Positions 30,801 to 39,262 are shown, numbered from the stretch's first letter. The stretch: DNA of 64,000 nucleotides from Vulcanimicrobiota bacterium (GCA_019637395.1 JAHBVR010000012.1:65842-129841); one strand, 5' to 3'. Translations and numbers: made by a program. Notes: generated by a model not told the origin, from the letters alone.

Positions 30801-31762
30801 ATCCTACCTCGGCCACGGCCCGGAGCGCCTTCCAAATGCATGCGCGCGCCCGCCTGGCCACGACCGGCACGCCCATCGAAAACCATCTGCTGGAACTGTG
30901 GAGTCTGATGAACTTCCTCAATCCCGGCTTGCTCGGCTCGCAAAACAGCTTTCGCCAGACCTACCTGAGCCGGAACGAAGAGGGAGCGGAGAACGAGCGG
31001 CTGGTCCGGCTGCGCTCGCAAGTGGCCCACTTTATCCTGCGCCGGCGCAAGCAAATGGTGGCCCCGCAACTGCCGGCCAAGTTGGAAACAGTGCACCGTA
31101 TCGACCTTTCCAGCCAGGAGCGCGAATTCTATAACCAGATCCGCCGTGGCGCGCTGCAAATGCAAAAAGAAGATCGAATCAGCCTGCTGACGGCGCTCAC
31201 GCGCCTGCGCCAGGCCTGTTGTGATCCGGCGCTGGTGGATGAGCAATGGATGGCGGCCAGCTCCAAGATCGTGACGGCCGTGGAGATGCTGGCGGAAGTC
31301 AGCGCTGAGGGCCACCAAATCCTGGTTTTCAGCCAGTTCGTGAGCCTGCTCAAGCGCCTGGCCCGCCAGTTGGACGAAGAAGGCCTGCCCTACCGAACTC
31401 TTTACGGCTCCACGGTGGTGGAAGAACGGCGCGCCCTGGTGGAGGATTTCCAGCAGGGCAACTTCCGTATCTTCCTGATCAGCCTGAAAGCTGGCGGCAC
31501 CGGGCTGACACTGACCCGAGCCGACTACGTGTTGCACCTGGACCCCTGGTGGAATCCGGCTGTTGAGGATCAAGCCACGGACCGTGCCCATCGCATCGGC
31601 CAGACCCAGACGGTCAACGTCTACCGTCTGATCGCCCGCGAAACCGTCGAGGAAAAAGTGCTGGAATTGCACCAGAGCAAACGCGAGTTAGCCGAAGCAG
31701 TGCTGGCTCAGGACGGCTCTCCCAGCGTGCTCAGCCTCGAGGACCTGAAAGCTCTACTCTAG
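27818..31762 (+). CDS. SNF2-family ATPase/helicase, paralog 2, with TerB-like repeats in the N-terminal extension
   Basis: SNF2 motifs (LRDYQKEGVEWML, DDMGLGKTLQTLCVL, DEAQKIKNP, TGTPIENHLLELWSLMNFLNPG, QATDRAHRIGQ). The N-terminus carries two segments with an A.ADG....E..L pattern (ATADGVVRSEEMSLIGNL; ALCDGPLNVEKSRELLSLASDLG) that resemble TerB/DjlA-N. 1314 aa. Confidence 0.85.
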   Translation: MSSKKASGGVAETSTPRARYKALGSMIHGLLERLGEHTRVLSQLKSAHCNPKSVYWELPAFVAPLLGQLALELKAATEELGGWLFVEELSRAITCEKNVVGNLIRLASLLQAFGCRLAEGKLICTDASRQQLLEHLRLSGRVPGPLSQLQADCQEFFGRSVDEKTLASLIGQTLSPGVVAEVDKKLVVFSLDRPPSCRDLLLGCLRLWRGPLNLRELLSKLKKLEVFQATALELEMEVHGLKAEGKVGEREGMFFLSDSRPGRLDQLDPAEVADLVFQTLFEIATADGVVRSEEMSLIGNLLAVEFELPADVREPFETLLGLAVHRSLDHQQLGQPLSAQKVAGFPQELRDRVFRGAVAVAFVDLEIHDHERQALEGVARRLSTSLPVPAVVERFAEMCRPPYVDYAYFGILPDRYDPDRLHEKFLALHQHYLEKLAGEDQPPAQEIRRLQRLLGEFYRQLPSQPAPWLVGLDLEKPALPAHSLLPLHCFLRVGRCDGPLSEREARVISRLVRGSLDNLQDRALWNLQTRPLANLQLPAPELDATSSRLRMLSFSLVVALCDGPLNVEKSRELLSLASDLGVSERSFQVLHQLEQAARRHLQEDPALEQLERLELALAEAEQLPVDSSAGATARATPLVLPELEPGGHPYLVVIRPSGRHNFIVHLRVRSELNDVPFLQEQLNAAIQARPWLRDQCGGRSWFLCKGVSNCLRLLHEVKDSPFEVQWPHGQPFQVLGKAGLHNLRATIGQKQGWFEIGGKLQLGQGHQIGLLDLLERVRHHPDAIAVAPDTFVQIDDALRGQLETLNSLLPEDMNAGTIDPLRARLVAGQVHFFEDQTNNHEFSRLAALIEEAGEIRPDLPAELWERLRDYQKEGVEWMLRTLHAGLGACLADDMGLGKTLQTLCVLYHRRAQGLSLVVAPTSVTYNWKEQAQRFLPDLRVMLYEGPGPVRHLAAEKLDEFEVIVVSYGIFHKDHALLGQREWNCLVLDEAQKIKNPTSATARSAFQMHARARLATTGTPIENHLLELWSLMNFLNPGLLGSQNSFRQTYLSRNEEGAENERLVRLRSQVAHFILRRRKQMVAPQLPAKLETVHRIDLSSQEREFYNQIRRGALQMQKEDRISLLTALTRLRQACCDPALVDEQWMAASSKIVTAVEMLAEVSAEGHQILVFSQFVSLLKRLARQLDEEGLPYRTLYGSTVVEERRALVEDFQQGNFRIFLISLKAGGTGLTLTRADYVLHLDPWWNPAVEDQATDRAHRIGQTQTVNVYRLIARETVEEKVLELHQSKRELAEAVLAQDGSPSVLSLEDLKALL

Positions 31763-32504
31763 ACTGCAAAAAGGCTACCACGCGCTGGAATTCGGCTTCC
31801 AGTTCGGGCAACCGGTCCTTTTGCAGGGCTTTCTCCTGCTCACCCAACATTTCAGCCAGGCGTAGCGCTCCCACCATGGCCGCGCTGCCCTTGAGCGAAT
31901 GCAGCGTGTGCGAACTATAGTTGAAGGCCAGGCTGGCCAGTTGGCGCCGTCCCTCAGCCGTGAACGTCTCGATCAGTTCGCGTTCGAACTCGGCATCATC
32001 CATGCAGGAGCGATTGAGTGCCTCCAGATCGACAGGAACTCCCGACTGCTGAGCCGGACAAGGGCAGCGCAAGAGCCGCCCATCGTCCAGGCGCGCTCCC
32101 AACTGAGCCAGCAAATAAGCCAGCAACGGACCGCGCAAGCTTTCTTCGTCAACCGTCCCGGCGGCCTCGAAGGTAAGCTCGGCGTCGTCCCCGCCGATAC
32201 GCAGGGGCGCGAATCCTCGCCAGCCCAGAGCCAGCAGCAGATATTCCAGGGCCTGAGGACGGCCCCGGCGCAGGGTTGGCAGGCCTTCCGCCCACTGCAA
32301 CTGCAGGTCATGGCGCTGGTTCAGATCCCGGGCCCAAACTTGCAGGTCAAAAAGTTGCGGGCCCTCATCGCGGCGCGAGAACTCGCAAGCCCAGCGGCCC
32401 TGGCGGGCCAACCAGCGCAAGTCCGGGAGAGAGAGCGGCTCCTGCAACCCCCCCTCCAGACCGGCCCAGAGCTCCTCCCAAACTTCCAGAGGCAAAAGCT
32501 TCAC
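31731..32504 (-). CDS. Hpt (histidine phosphotransfer) domain protein with an unknown N-terminal domain
   Basis: C-terminal HTLHSLKGSAAMVGA (HxxKG Hpt motif). The 3' end overlaps the convergent SNF2 gene by 32 bp. Confidence 0.55.
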   Translation of the reverse strand: MKLLPLEVWEELWAGLEGGLQEPLSLPDLRWLARQGRWACEFSRRDEGPQLFDLQVWARDLNQRHDLQLQWAEGLPTLRRGRPQALEYLLLALGWRGFAPLRIGGDDAELTFEAAGTVDEESLRGPLLAYLLAQLGARLDDGRLLRCPCPAQQSGVPVDLEALNRSCMDDAEFERELIETFTAEGRRQLASLAFNYSSHTLHSLKGSAAMVGALRLAEMLGEQEKALQKDRLPELEAEFQRVVAFLQSRVELSGPRG

Positions 32505-32890
32505 GAGGCCGTCACTTTAGCCAGTAGCGCCCTGACCCGCTCCACCAACTCAGCCGGGTCAAAGGGCTTGGCCAGAAAGTCATCCGCCCCGGCGCGCCGG
32601 GCCTGCTCGGCAATATCGCTTTCCGTAATCGAGCTGAAAATTAGCAGGGGGATATGTTTGTAGTCGAGGTGAAATTTTAGCAGCCGGCACAAGGCCAGGC
32701 CGTGCAGGGACGGTAGAATCAGGTCCATCAACAAGAGGCCCGGCTGGTTCCGCTGCACCGCGCGATAAGCTTCCAGTCCATCGTGAAAGAGGGTTACCTC
32801 GAGTTGGGGTAATTGTAAGAGAGCGCGCTTGACCCCCAGCGCCTGGGTGGGGCTGTCCTCAACCACGTAAACTTGAATGGTTTCGCTCAT
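32501..32890 (-). CDS. CheY-like single-domain response regulator (receiver)
   Basis: Internal ATG at 32890 (MSETIQVYVVEDSP...LLLMDLILP...ADDFLAKP). The track ORF is over-extended upstream into pilC. Confidence 0.7.
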   Translation of the reverse strand: MSETIQVYVVEDSPTQALGVKRALLQLPQLEVTLFHDGLEAYRAVQRNQPGLLLMDLILPSLHGLALCRLLKFHLDYKHIPLLIFSSITESDIAEQARRAGADDFLAKPFDPAELVERVRALLAKVTAS

Positions 32891-32983
32891 GCTGGGGGCC
32901 GTTCGCGCTTGTCCAGGCATTTCCCCGTGGTTCCCAGGACCCCCCCAAATCAGGCCGAACCCCCAAGGGCAGGAGACGGGATA

Positions 32984-34189
32984 TTGGCGAGATTTACTTA
33001 CGAGGCTCAGGACGCTGAAAATCATACGGTGACGGGAACGCTGCAGGCGGCCGATCGGAATGCCGCCCTGCAAACACTCTCGGAAAAGTATCCCCTGGTC
33101 ACCGAATTGACGGAGCTGATCCCCAAGAGATCACTTCTAGCGATGATGCGGCGCGGTCCGAGCACGGAACAAATTCTGGGCGTCTACCAGCAATTGGCGG
33201 TGGCCACCGGAGCCGGCGTACCCCTCAAACAGAGCCTGGACACCATGGCTGAAGATTCCGACAGCCCGCGCCTGCAGGCGGTGCTCTTTCAAATGTCGGC
33301 CTCGCTCTCCTCCGGGCTGACCTTGAGCCAGGCCATGAGCGAGCACCCTGATGTTTTTGCTCCCTACCAGCCCAAATTGATTCAGGCCGGCGAGGTCTCC
33401 GGCAAGATGGCCGAGATCCTGGCCCAGCTCGCGCTCGATATGGAAGGTCGCGAAGCTCTCACCAGCCAGGTTCGCTCGGCCATCGCCTATCCGATCTTCG
33501 TGTTGGTGGTGGCGGGCCTTTTGTCGGCCGCCATGCTGGGCTGGGGGGTGCCGCAAATCAAAGGGGTCTTCGACGCCATGGGAGCCGAACTGCCTCTGCC
33601 CACGCGCTTTTTAGTGTTGGTCGGCTTGAGCCTCTCGCAAATGTGGTGGATGTGGATATTGGGTCTGGCCCTGGCGGTATGGCTCTACCAGCGCCTCTCA
33701 AAACATCCTCGAGCACGGCGGTTCGTGGAGCGGGTGGTATTGGTCAGCTGGCCTTTCGGCGAAGTCTACCGCCTGTTGAACGTCTCCCTCTTCGCCCGCA
33801 CCCTGGGCCTGCTTTATCGGAGTGGTTTGCCCCTTTCGACTGCTTTGGAGGTGCTCGGGGAAGCCACTTCCAGTTTGCGTATGGTCGAAGTCATCCAGGT
33901 TCTGAGGCGCCGGGTAACCCACGGCGAGCTGCTTTCTTCCGCCATGCGGGGGAGCGGTTTCTTTCCCTCGATGGCGGTGGAGATGGTTTCCACTGGCGAG
34001 AGTTCCGGTTCGCTCGACAAAATGCTCCACGAGTTGGATCGTTTTTATACGCGGCGTTGCGAGCACGCCATTAAAGCCCTGACCAGCCTGATCGAGCCGG
34101 CTCTGACGGTGGTGGTGGGCATCCTCCTGGGCGGTGTGATTTTAGGATTGGCCTTGCCCTTCCTCAATCTGCCGGCCCTGATGATGTGA
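32984..34189 (+). CDS. pilC: Type IV pilus assembly protein PilC / T2SS GspF family inner-membrane platform protein
   Basis: Two GspF repeats. N-terminus ARFTYEAQD, typical of PilC. TTG start at 32984 chosen to avoid overlap with the divergent receiver gene. Confidence 0.8.
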   Translation: MARFTYEAQDAENHTVTGTLQAADRNAALQTLSEKYPLVTELTELIPKRSLLAMMRRGPSTEQILGVYQQLAVATGAGVPLKQSLDTMAEDSDSPRLQAVLFQMSASLSSGLTLSQAMSEHPDVFAPYQPKLIQAGEVSGKMAEILAQLALDMEGREALTSQVRSAIAYPIFVLVVAGLLSAAMLGWGVPQIKGVFDAMGAELPLPTRFLVLVGLSLSQMWWMWILGLALAVWLYQRLSKHPRARRFVERVVLVSWPFGEVYRLLNVSLFARTLGLLYRSGLPLSTALEVLGEATSSLRMVEVIQVLRRRVTHGELLSSAMRGSGFFPSMAVEMVSTGESSGSLDKMLHELDRFYTRRCEHAIKALTSLIEPALTVVVGILLGGVILGLALPFLNLPALMM

Positions 34190-34557
34190 GCATGCGGCGC
34201 GGCTTTCTCTTGATGCAAATGGTAGTCGCCTTCGCATTGCTGTTTGTCAGCGGGATGTCGATGTTTACCACTCTGGCCAGCAGCGACCGCGGCTACAGCC
34301 AGGCCATTCAAACCCGGGTGGCTCTGCGCCTGTGCAGCGAAACCCTGGAGTCGCTACGCGCCGGCACGCTCAAGCCCACGCTGGGAACGCAAAGTCTGGG
34401 CAGCGTCCGCCAGACGGCCGGCAAATCCGCCACCGTTTATACGCCCCGGCTGGTGGTCAGCAGCAGCGGAACTATGCTCTTGGTGCGCTCCCAGGTCAGT
34501 TGGGTGGAAGGCCGGCGCACACATTTGGTGGAGCTGAAGACCCTTGTCGCGCCCTGA
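34186..34557 (+). CDS. Prepilin-like (pseudopilin) protein with a Q at +5 of the variant N-terminal motif
   Basis: MRRGFLLMQMVVAFALLFVSG follows a class-III-signal-like pattern but has Gln where the conserved Glu5 normally sits. GTGA overlap with the pilC stop. Confidence 0.5.
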   Translation: MSMRRGFLLMQMVVAFALLFVSGMSMFTTLASSDRGYSQAIQTRVALRLCSETLESLRAGTLKPTLGTQSLGSVRQTAGKSATVYTPRLVVSSSGTMLLVRSQVSWVEGRRTHLVELKTLVAP

Positions 34558-34564
34558 AGCTGGA

Positions 34565-35122
34565 ATGACTCTGATGGAGACGCTCGTGTCGTCTTTCTTG
34601 CTGGGCATTACTTGCACCCTGATGATGACCTTTTTCGTTTACGCCCTGCGCCAGACCCAGCGCAACCTGCTGCGCCAGGAACTGATTCTGGGCGGGGAAA
34701 AGGTGGTCGACCGGGTGATCCGCAGTTACATGGCCAGCCATGACACCTACATCCTGGCCAACACCTCCATCAACGGGGTGCTGATAGCCCAGGCTTCGGC
34801 CGTCAATTCGAGCAAACTGATTTTTGATACTTCGGGCAACCTGACCTGGAGCAGTTGGAAAGCCTTCGGCTACGACAGCGCCAAAGGCCAGGTCTGGCAG
34901 GCCTGGCAGGCCTTCGTGACACCGGTGGCCAGCGGCGGAGAACTGACCACCGGCCCGACTGTGCTGCTTCCCGCCAACTGGTCTCGGCGGGTCATCTCTC
35001 AGAACGTCTCTTTGTTCAGTGTGACCGGCCCCTCCAATGGAGTCATCCGAGTGCGGGTGGTTCTCTCCGACCGCAACGGTTACCAGGTGGAAATTGCTTC
35101 TTCCGGAGACGCGCTCAATTGA
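34565..35122 (+). CDS. Type IV pilin / pseudopilin with a prepilin-type N-terminal cleavage-methylation motif
   Basis: AG|MTLMETLVSSFLLGI is the canonical G|(F/M)TLxE motif. Confidence 0.65.
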   Translation: MTLMETLVSSFLLGITCTLMMTFFVYALRQTQRNLLRQELILGGEKVVDRVIRSYMASHDTYILANTSINGVLIAQASAVNSSKLIFDTSGNLTWSSWKAFGYDSAKGQVWQAWQAFVTPVASGGELTTGPTVLLPANWSRRVISQNVSLFSVTGPSNGVIRVRVVLSDRNGYQVEIASSGDALN

Positions 35123-36369
35123 GACCCCGGCGACGCGCTTTCATCCTGCCCCTGGCCGTCCTACTGTGCTTCTTGATGTTATTGATCGCCTTTGTCTTAC
35201 AGGATCAGAGTCGCAAGCAGATGCGCTTCGCCGCCTTACAGGTGCGCGCCGGACAGGCCGCCAATGCGGCCGACGCGGGCCTGGCCGTGGCCTTGCAGCA
35301 ACTGGCCGGCAATGCCGCCTACACAGGCGTGAGCACGCCGCAACTGCTGGCGGAAGGACCGGAGACCTACACCATCCAGGTGCTGCAGCCAGGAGCCGCC
35401 ATGCCCGACGGCCAAAATGTGCCCAGCGGCTTTCTCTTCGTGTTGGCCAGCGGCTTCAGCCTGGGCAAAGCCAACGCGCGCAGCGGAGCCCTGGTCAAGG
35501 TCGGCAGCAGCGGCAGCAAAGGCCTGCCCGGCGTCTACGGAGCCAGTGTCCGACTTTCCGGAGGCTCCTTCGTCGATTCCTACAATAGCACCAAGGGTGC
35601 TTATGCGACCGGCTCCAAGAACGGCAGTGTGCTGACCAATTCCACCAGCGCCGGCTCGGTGATCCTCGAGGGCGCTTCCCAAGTGTACGGCCCCATCGCT
35701 ATCGGACCTAAAGGTACATTAGATCCCAACAGCTCGGGCGGGACCACCATGAACAGCGCTTATACCGTCTGGAGAGACTGGAGCACCAGCTATGTCTCCT
35801 CCAGCCTGCAGTCCACTCCCAAAGAAATGCCGGCCGTCGCTTTACCCTCGGCCGTGGGCAAGACCAGTGTATCCATGGGCTGGGGCACCAACAGCCTGGC
35901 GCCCGGCAACTATGATTCGGTTTCCATCGGCAACGCCGGGACGCTGACCTTGAAGGCCGGGACCTACGTGGTCAACAGCTTCAACATCGGCGGTGGCGCC
36001 AGCATCCAGGTGGCCGGCGATGGACCGGTGAAAATCTACGTAGCCAAGTCCTTTAGCCTGAATAACGGCGCCGCCGTTTCCAATTCCAAGGTGAGCCCTT
36101 CGCTACTCCAGATCAACATGGCCGAAAATTCCACCTATGATCAACAAGGCGGCACCCAATTAACCGGCGTGGTTTACGGGCCCAACGCCACCGCCAACCT
36201 GAGTAATGGCTCCACCGTCTACGGCTCGCTTTCGGGAAATAACGTGAAGATCTCCGGCGCCTCCTGGGTGCATTATGACGAGTCCCTGAGCGAATTCTCG
36301 TTGGGTGGCGAGACTTCCGGAGGCGGCAGCAGCTCCGGAGTAAGCGTACTCTTTCGCCAGCGCTGGTAG
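35119..36369 (+). CDS. PilX-N-like minor pilin / pilus-associated protein with an Asn/Ser/Gly-rich C-terminal region
   Basis: TTG start overlapping the upstream stop (TTGA). N-terminus RRAFILPLAVLLCFLMLLIAFVLQ...AALQ.RAGQAANAADAGLAVALQQL resembles the PilX N-terminal domain. The N-terminal part of the track ORF is in the wrong frame context. Confidence 0.5.
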   Translation: MRPRRRAFILPLAVLLCFLMLLIAFVLQDQSRKQMRFAALQVRAGQAANAADAGLAVALQQLAGNAAYTGVSTPQLLAEGPETYTIQVLQPGAAMPDGQNVPSGFLFVLASGFSLGKANARSGALVKVGSSGSKGLPGVYGASVRLSGGSFVDSYNSTKGAYATGSKNGSVLTNSTSAGSVILEGASQVYGPIAIGPKGTLDPNSSGGTTMNSAYTVWRDWSTSYVSSSLQSTPKEMPAVALPSAVGKTSVSMGWGTNSLAPGNYDSVSIGNAGTLTLKAGTYVVNSFNIGGGASIQVAGDGPVKIYVAKSFSLNNGAAVSNSKVSPSLLQINMAENSTYDQQGGTQLTGVVYGPNATANLSNGSTVYGSLSGNNVKISGASWVHYDESLSEFSLGGETSGGGSSSGVSVLFRQRW

Positions 36370-36401
36370 GGAAGGCTTGGGGGCTATCCGAAGCAGAGGC
36401 G

Positions 36402-37403
36402 ATGCTCTGGGGCAAGAAAACTCATCTCGGCATCGATCTGGGCAGCGACTCGCTGAAGGTTTGCACACTGGACAGTAAGGGCACCTCGTGCAGCGTTTCC
36501 TTGTTCCCCGTCCTTCCTGATCGTTCCAGCCAGGAGCAAAAGCTGGAAGGGCCGGCTCTGCACCAGCGCCTGGCCGCCCTGGCCGGGGAGTTACCTTCCA
36601 AGGGGAAGAGCAAAGTGCATCTCTCCTTGCACAGCCCCACCAGCGCCAGCGGCTACCTGGAACTGCCCAAACTCAGCGCGGATAAGCTTCAGGTGGCCAT
36701 TCCCTCGGCTGTGGCCCGCGAAATTCCTCACCCCCTTCACGAAGTCAACTTATTTCCTCAGTTGGTCCCGGCTCTTATGGACAGCCACGCGCAAGGAATC
36801 TTTTTCGTGGCCGTGCCCAAAGCCGTCCAGGAAGCGCACCTCCAGGCTTTCACACAGGCAGGCTTCGAAGTCAGTGCCCCCACGCCAGGGATGGTAGCCC
36901 GCCTGCGGGGGGTCACCCGCAACCTGACCTTGCCGCCCGAGCAGGTGACAGCCCTGGTTCTCTCGGGCTACCAACGCACGGCGGTGATTTTACTGAAGGG
37001 TCCCCACCCCTATTTTTGTCGGAAATTTCGCCTGGCCGGCAGCGATTTTACTTATGCCTTCCAGATGGGCGATCAGGTGGATTGGGCCGAGGCGGAGCGG
37101 CGTAAGCGCGCCTATGATGTGAGCGAGAAAGACTTTAAGGTCGAGTCGTTTGTGCAACGCTGGCTGGGAGAGGTGCAACGTTCCCTGACTTATGCCTCGC
37201 AAAAATACTCTCAACTGGTGCCGACCCAACTCATTTTGAGCGGCGGTACGGCCTTATGGAAGGGCCTGGCCGAGCGGCTCAGCGAATTTCTCAGCCTGCC
37301 CGTGACGCGCCACCAATGGAACCAACTCAAACTGCAAAGCAGCAGCGGTCCCAGCGACATGGCCCTCTTCGATGAAGCCATCGGGCTGGTGTGCCGGCCT
37401 TGA
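36402..37403 (+). CDS. pilM: Type IV pilus assembly protein PilM (actin-like ATPase fold)
   Basis: N-terminus KKTHLGIDLGSDSLKVCTLD. Length 333 aa and position next to pilB. Confidence 0.65.
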   Translation: MLWGKKTHLGIDLGSDSLKVCTLDSKGTSCSVSLFPVLPDRSSQEQKLEGPALHQRLAALAGELPSKGKSKVHLSLHSPTSASGYLELPKLSADKLQVAIPSAVAREIPHPLHEVNLFPQLVPALMDSHAQGIFFVAVPKAVQEAHLQAFTQAGFEVSAPTPGMVARLRGVTRNLTLPPEQVTALVLSGYQRTAVILLKGPHPYFCRKFRLAGSDFTYAFQMGDQVDWAEAERRKRAYDVSEKDFKVESFVQRWLGEVQRSLTYASQKYSQLVPTQLILSGGTALWKGLAERLSEFLSLPVTRHQWNQLKLQSSSGPSDMALFDEAIGLVCRP

Positions 37404-39037
37404 GCTGGTACGACCGTCTCGACCTGGACGATGAGCAGCGGCAGATGCTGCAACGCTCGAGCGAGCCTTTAGAACTCATACTGGAACGCAAATGGGCCAG
37501 CGAGAACGACGCCTTCCAGGCCGCTTCGCTGCATTATAATTGCCCGGTGCTTTCGCTGCGACGCTATCAACCCGATCAGGAAACGGTGAGCCTGCTCAGC
37601 GAACAGCAAGCGCGCCGCGTGCGTTCGGTCCCCCTCTTCCGCGTCGGCAATCGCCTTTACCTGGCCGTCAGCGACCCGGACAATCTCCAGGCCCAAGATT
37701 TCGTCGCCCAATTGACGGGCTGCATTATCGAACCCGTGCTGGTTCTGAGCAAAGATATCGACGAGGCGCTCAATCGCTCGATGATCACAGCGGAAAGCTC
37801 AAGCCAGGCCCTGGAGGCCATGACCGCCGCCGTGGAAGGCGAGACCAGAGCGGTGCAACAGTCGGCCGTCATCGAGGACCGCGACGTCCCCACCGTCAAA
37901 ATGGTCGATCACATTATTATGCAGGCGATTCGTCTGGGCGCCAGCGACTTGCATTTGGAGGCATTTCCGCACAAGATTCTGCTGCGCTACCGCATCGACG
38001 GGCAATTACGTGAATATCCCGCCCCTCCCAAACCGGTCTACGCGGCCGTCGTTTCGCGCATCAAGATCACCTCCAGCCTGGATATTGCCGAACGGCGTCT
38101 ACCTCAGGACGGCCGCGCCAGCATCATGGTGGATGACAAGAAATATGACCTGCGCGTGTCCATTATTCCCAACGTGCATGGAGAAGGCATCGTCATCCGT
38201 ATCCTAAACCCCCATGCCGTGTCGATGGATCTGACCGCACTCGGCTTCGAAAAAGATATTCTGGAGCGCTACCAGCGCATTCTGGCCCGTCCTCACGGGG
38301 TCGTGCTGGTGACCGGCCCGACCGGATCAGGCAAATCAACCACGCTTTACGCCACCCTCAATCAGATCAGCGGGATCGCCAAGAAGATCATTACCCTGGA
38401 GGATCCGGTCGAGTACCAACTGGCCAACATCACCCAGATTCAGATCCAGCCGGACATCGGTTACACCTATGCACAAGGCCTGCGCGCCATTCTGCGCCAC
38501 GATCCCGACGTGGTGCTGGTGGGCGAAATCCGCGATCTGGAGTCGGCTCAGATCGCCATCCGGGCCGCCTTGACGGGCCACCAGATGTTCTCCACCCTGC
38601 ACACCAACGACGCACCCCAGGCGGTGACCCGCTTGTTGGACATGGGGATTCCCTTTTATCAGTTGCAGGCCGCCCTCAACGGCATCCTGGCCCAGCGCCT
38701 GGTGCGCCGCCTGTGTCCCCGCTGCCGCCTACCCGACCAGGACGCGCCTGATGCGCTGCTGGACCTGGGCCTGCGCCCCGACCAGGGCTCTTATATGGCG
38801 GTGGGCTGTCCTGAATGCAACAACATCGGCTACCGCGGCCGCGTAGCCGTCCACGAACTGCTCGACTTCACCCCCAGCCTGCGCCGCCTGCGCGGCGATC
38901 AAATCAACGCCGAAGACATCGCCCACCAGGCCGCCTCGGAAGGCGCCTTCTTCACCATGGCCGACAGCCTGCGCCGCAAAGTCCTGGCCGGCACCACCAG
39001 CCTCAACGAAGCCCTGCAACTACTCCACGTGGAGTGA
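37391..39037 (+). CDS. pilB: Type IV pilus assembly ATPase PilB / T2SS GspE family
   Basis: T2SSE_N domain, Walker A GPTGSGKST, Asp/His boxes, and a tetracysteine CPRC...CPEC. GTG start overlapping the pilM stop. Confidence 0.9.
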   Translation: MPALSWYDRLDLDDEQRQMLQRSSEPLELILERKWASENDAFQAASLHYNCPVLSLRRYQPDQETVSLLSEQQARRVRSVPLFRVGNRLYLAVSDPDNLQAQDFVAQLTGCIIEPVLVLSKDIDEALNRSMITAESSSQALEAMTAAVEGETRAVQQSAVIEDRDVPTVKMVDHIIMQAIRLGASDLHLEAFPHKILLRYRIDGQLREYPAPPKPVYAAVVSRIKITSSLDIAERRLPQDGRASIMVDDKKYDLRVSIIPNVHGEGIVIRILNPHAVSMDLTALGFEKDILERYQRILARPHGVVLVTGPTGSGKSTTLYATLNQISGIAKKIITLEDPVEYQLANITQIQIQPDIGYTYAQGLRAILRHDPDVVLVGEIRDLESAQIAIRAALTGHQMFSTLHTNDAPQAVTRLLDMGIPFYQLQAALNGILAQRLVRRLCPRCRLPDQDAPDALLDLGLRPDQGSYMAVGCPECNNIGYRGRVAVHELLDFTPSLRRLRGDQINAEDIAHQAASEGAFFTMADSLRRKVLAGTTSLNEALQLLHVE

Positions 39038-39043
39038 AAATAA

Positions 39044-39090
39044 AAAGAGCCGCCTCGCTCCAGCTGCGAGGCGACTCAAGAGAAAAGTAT
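39044..39090 (+). terminator. Rho-independent terminator after pilB
   Basis: 8-bp stem CGCCTCGC/GCGAGGCG with loop TCCAGCT, followed by a T-rich tract. Confidence 0.5.
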
Positions 39091-39097
39091 TTTGCTT

Positions 39098-39262
39098 TTA
39101 AGCCGTCCGGGCCAGTCGGAAAATCAGGCCCAGCACGAAGACGACCAGGAAGATTTGTAGGAGCAGGTGACCGGCGCCCGCGGCCGTGCCGGCGACGCCG
39201 CCGAATCCTAAGAACGCGGCGATAATAGCGATAATAAAGAAAGTAATTGCCCAGTTTAACAT
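39098..39262 (-). CDS. DUF1328 (UPF0391) family small membrane protein, 54 aa
   Basis: [54 protein letters not shown]. Not in the ORF track because it is under 60 aa. Confidence 0.6.
   Translation of the reverse strand: MLNWAITFFIIAIIAAFLGFGGVAGTAAGAGHLLLQIFLVVFVLGLIFRLARTA

Noticed and set aside
30620-31672. 350-aa minus-strand ORF inside SNF2 paralog 2.
   Set aside because: Same reasoning: antisense to conserved SNF2 motifs.
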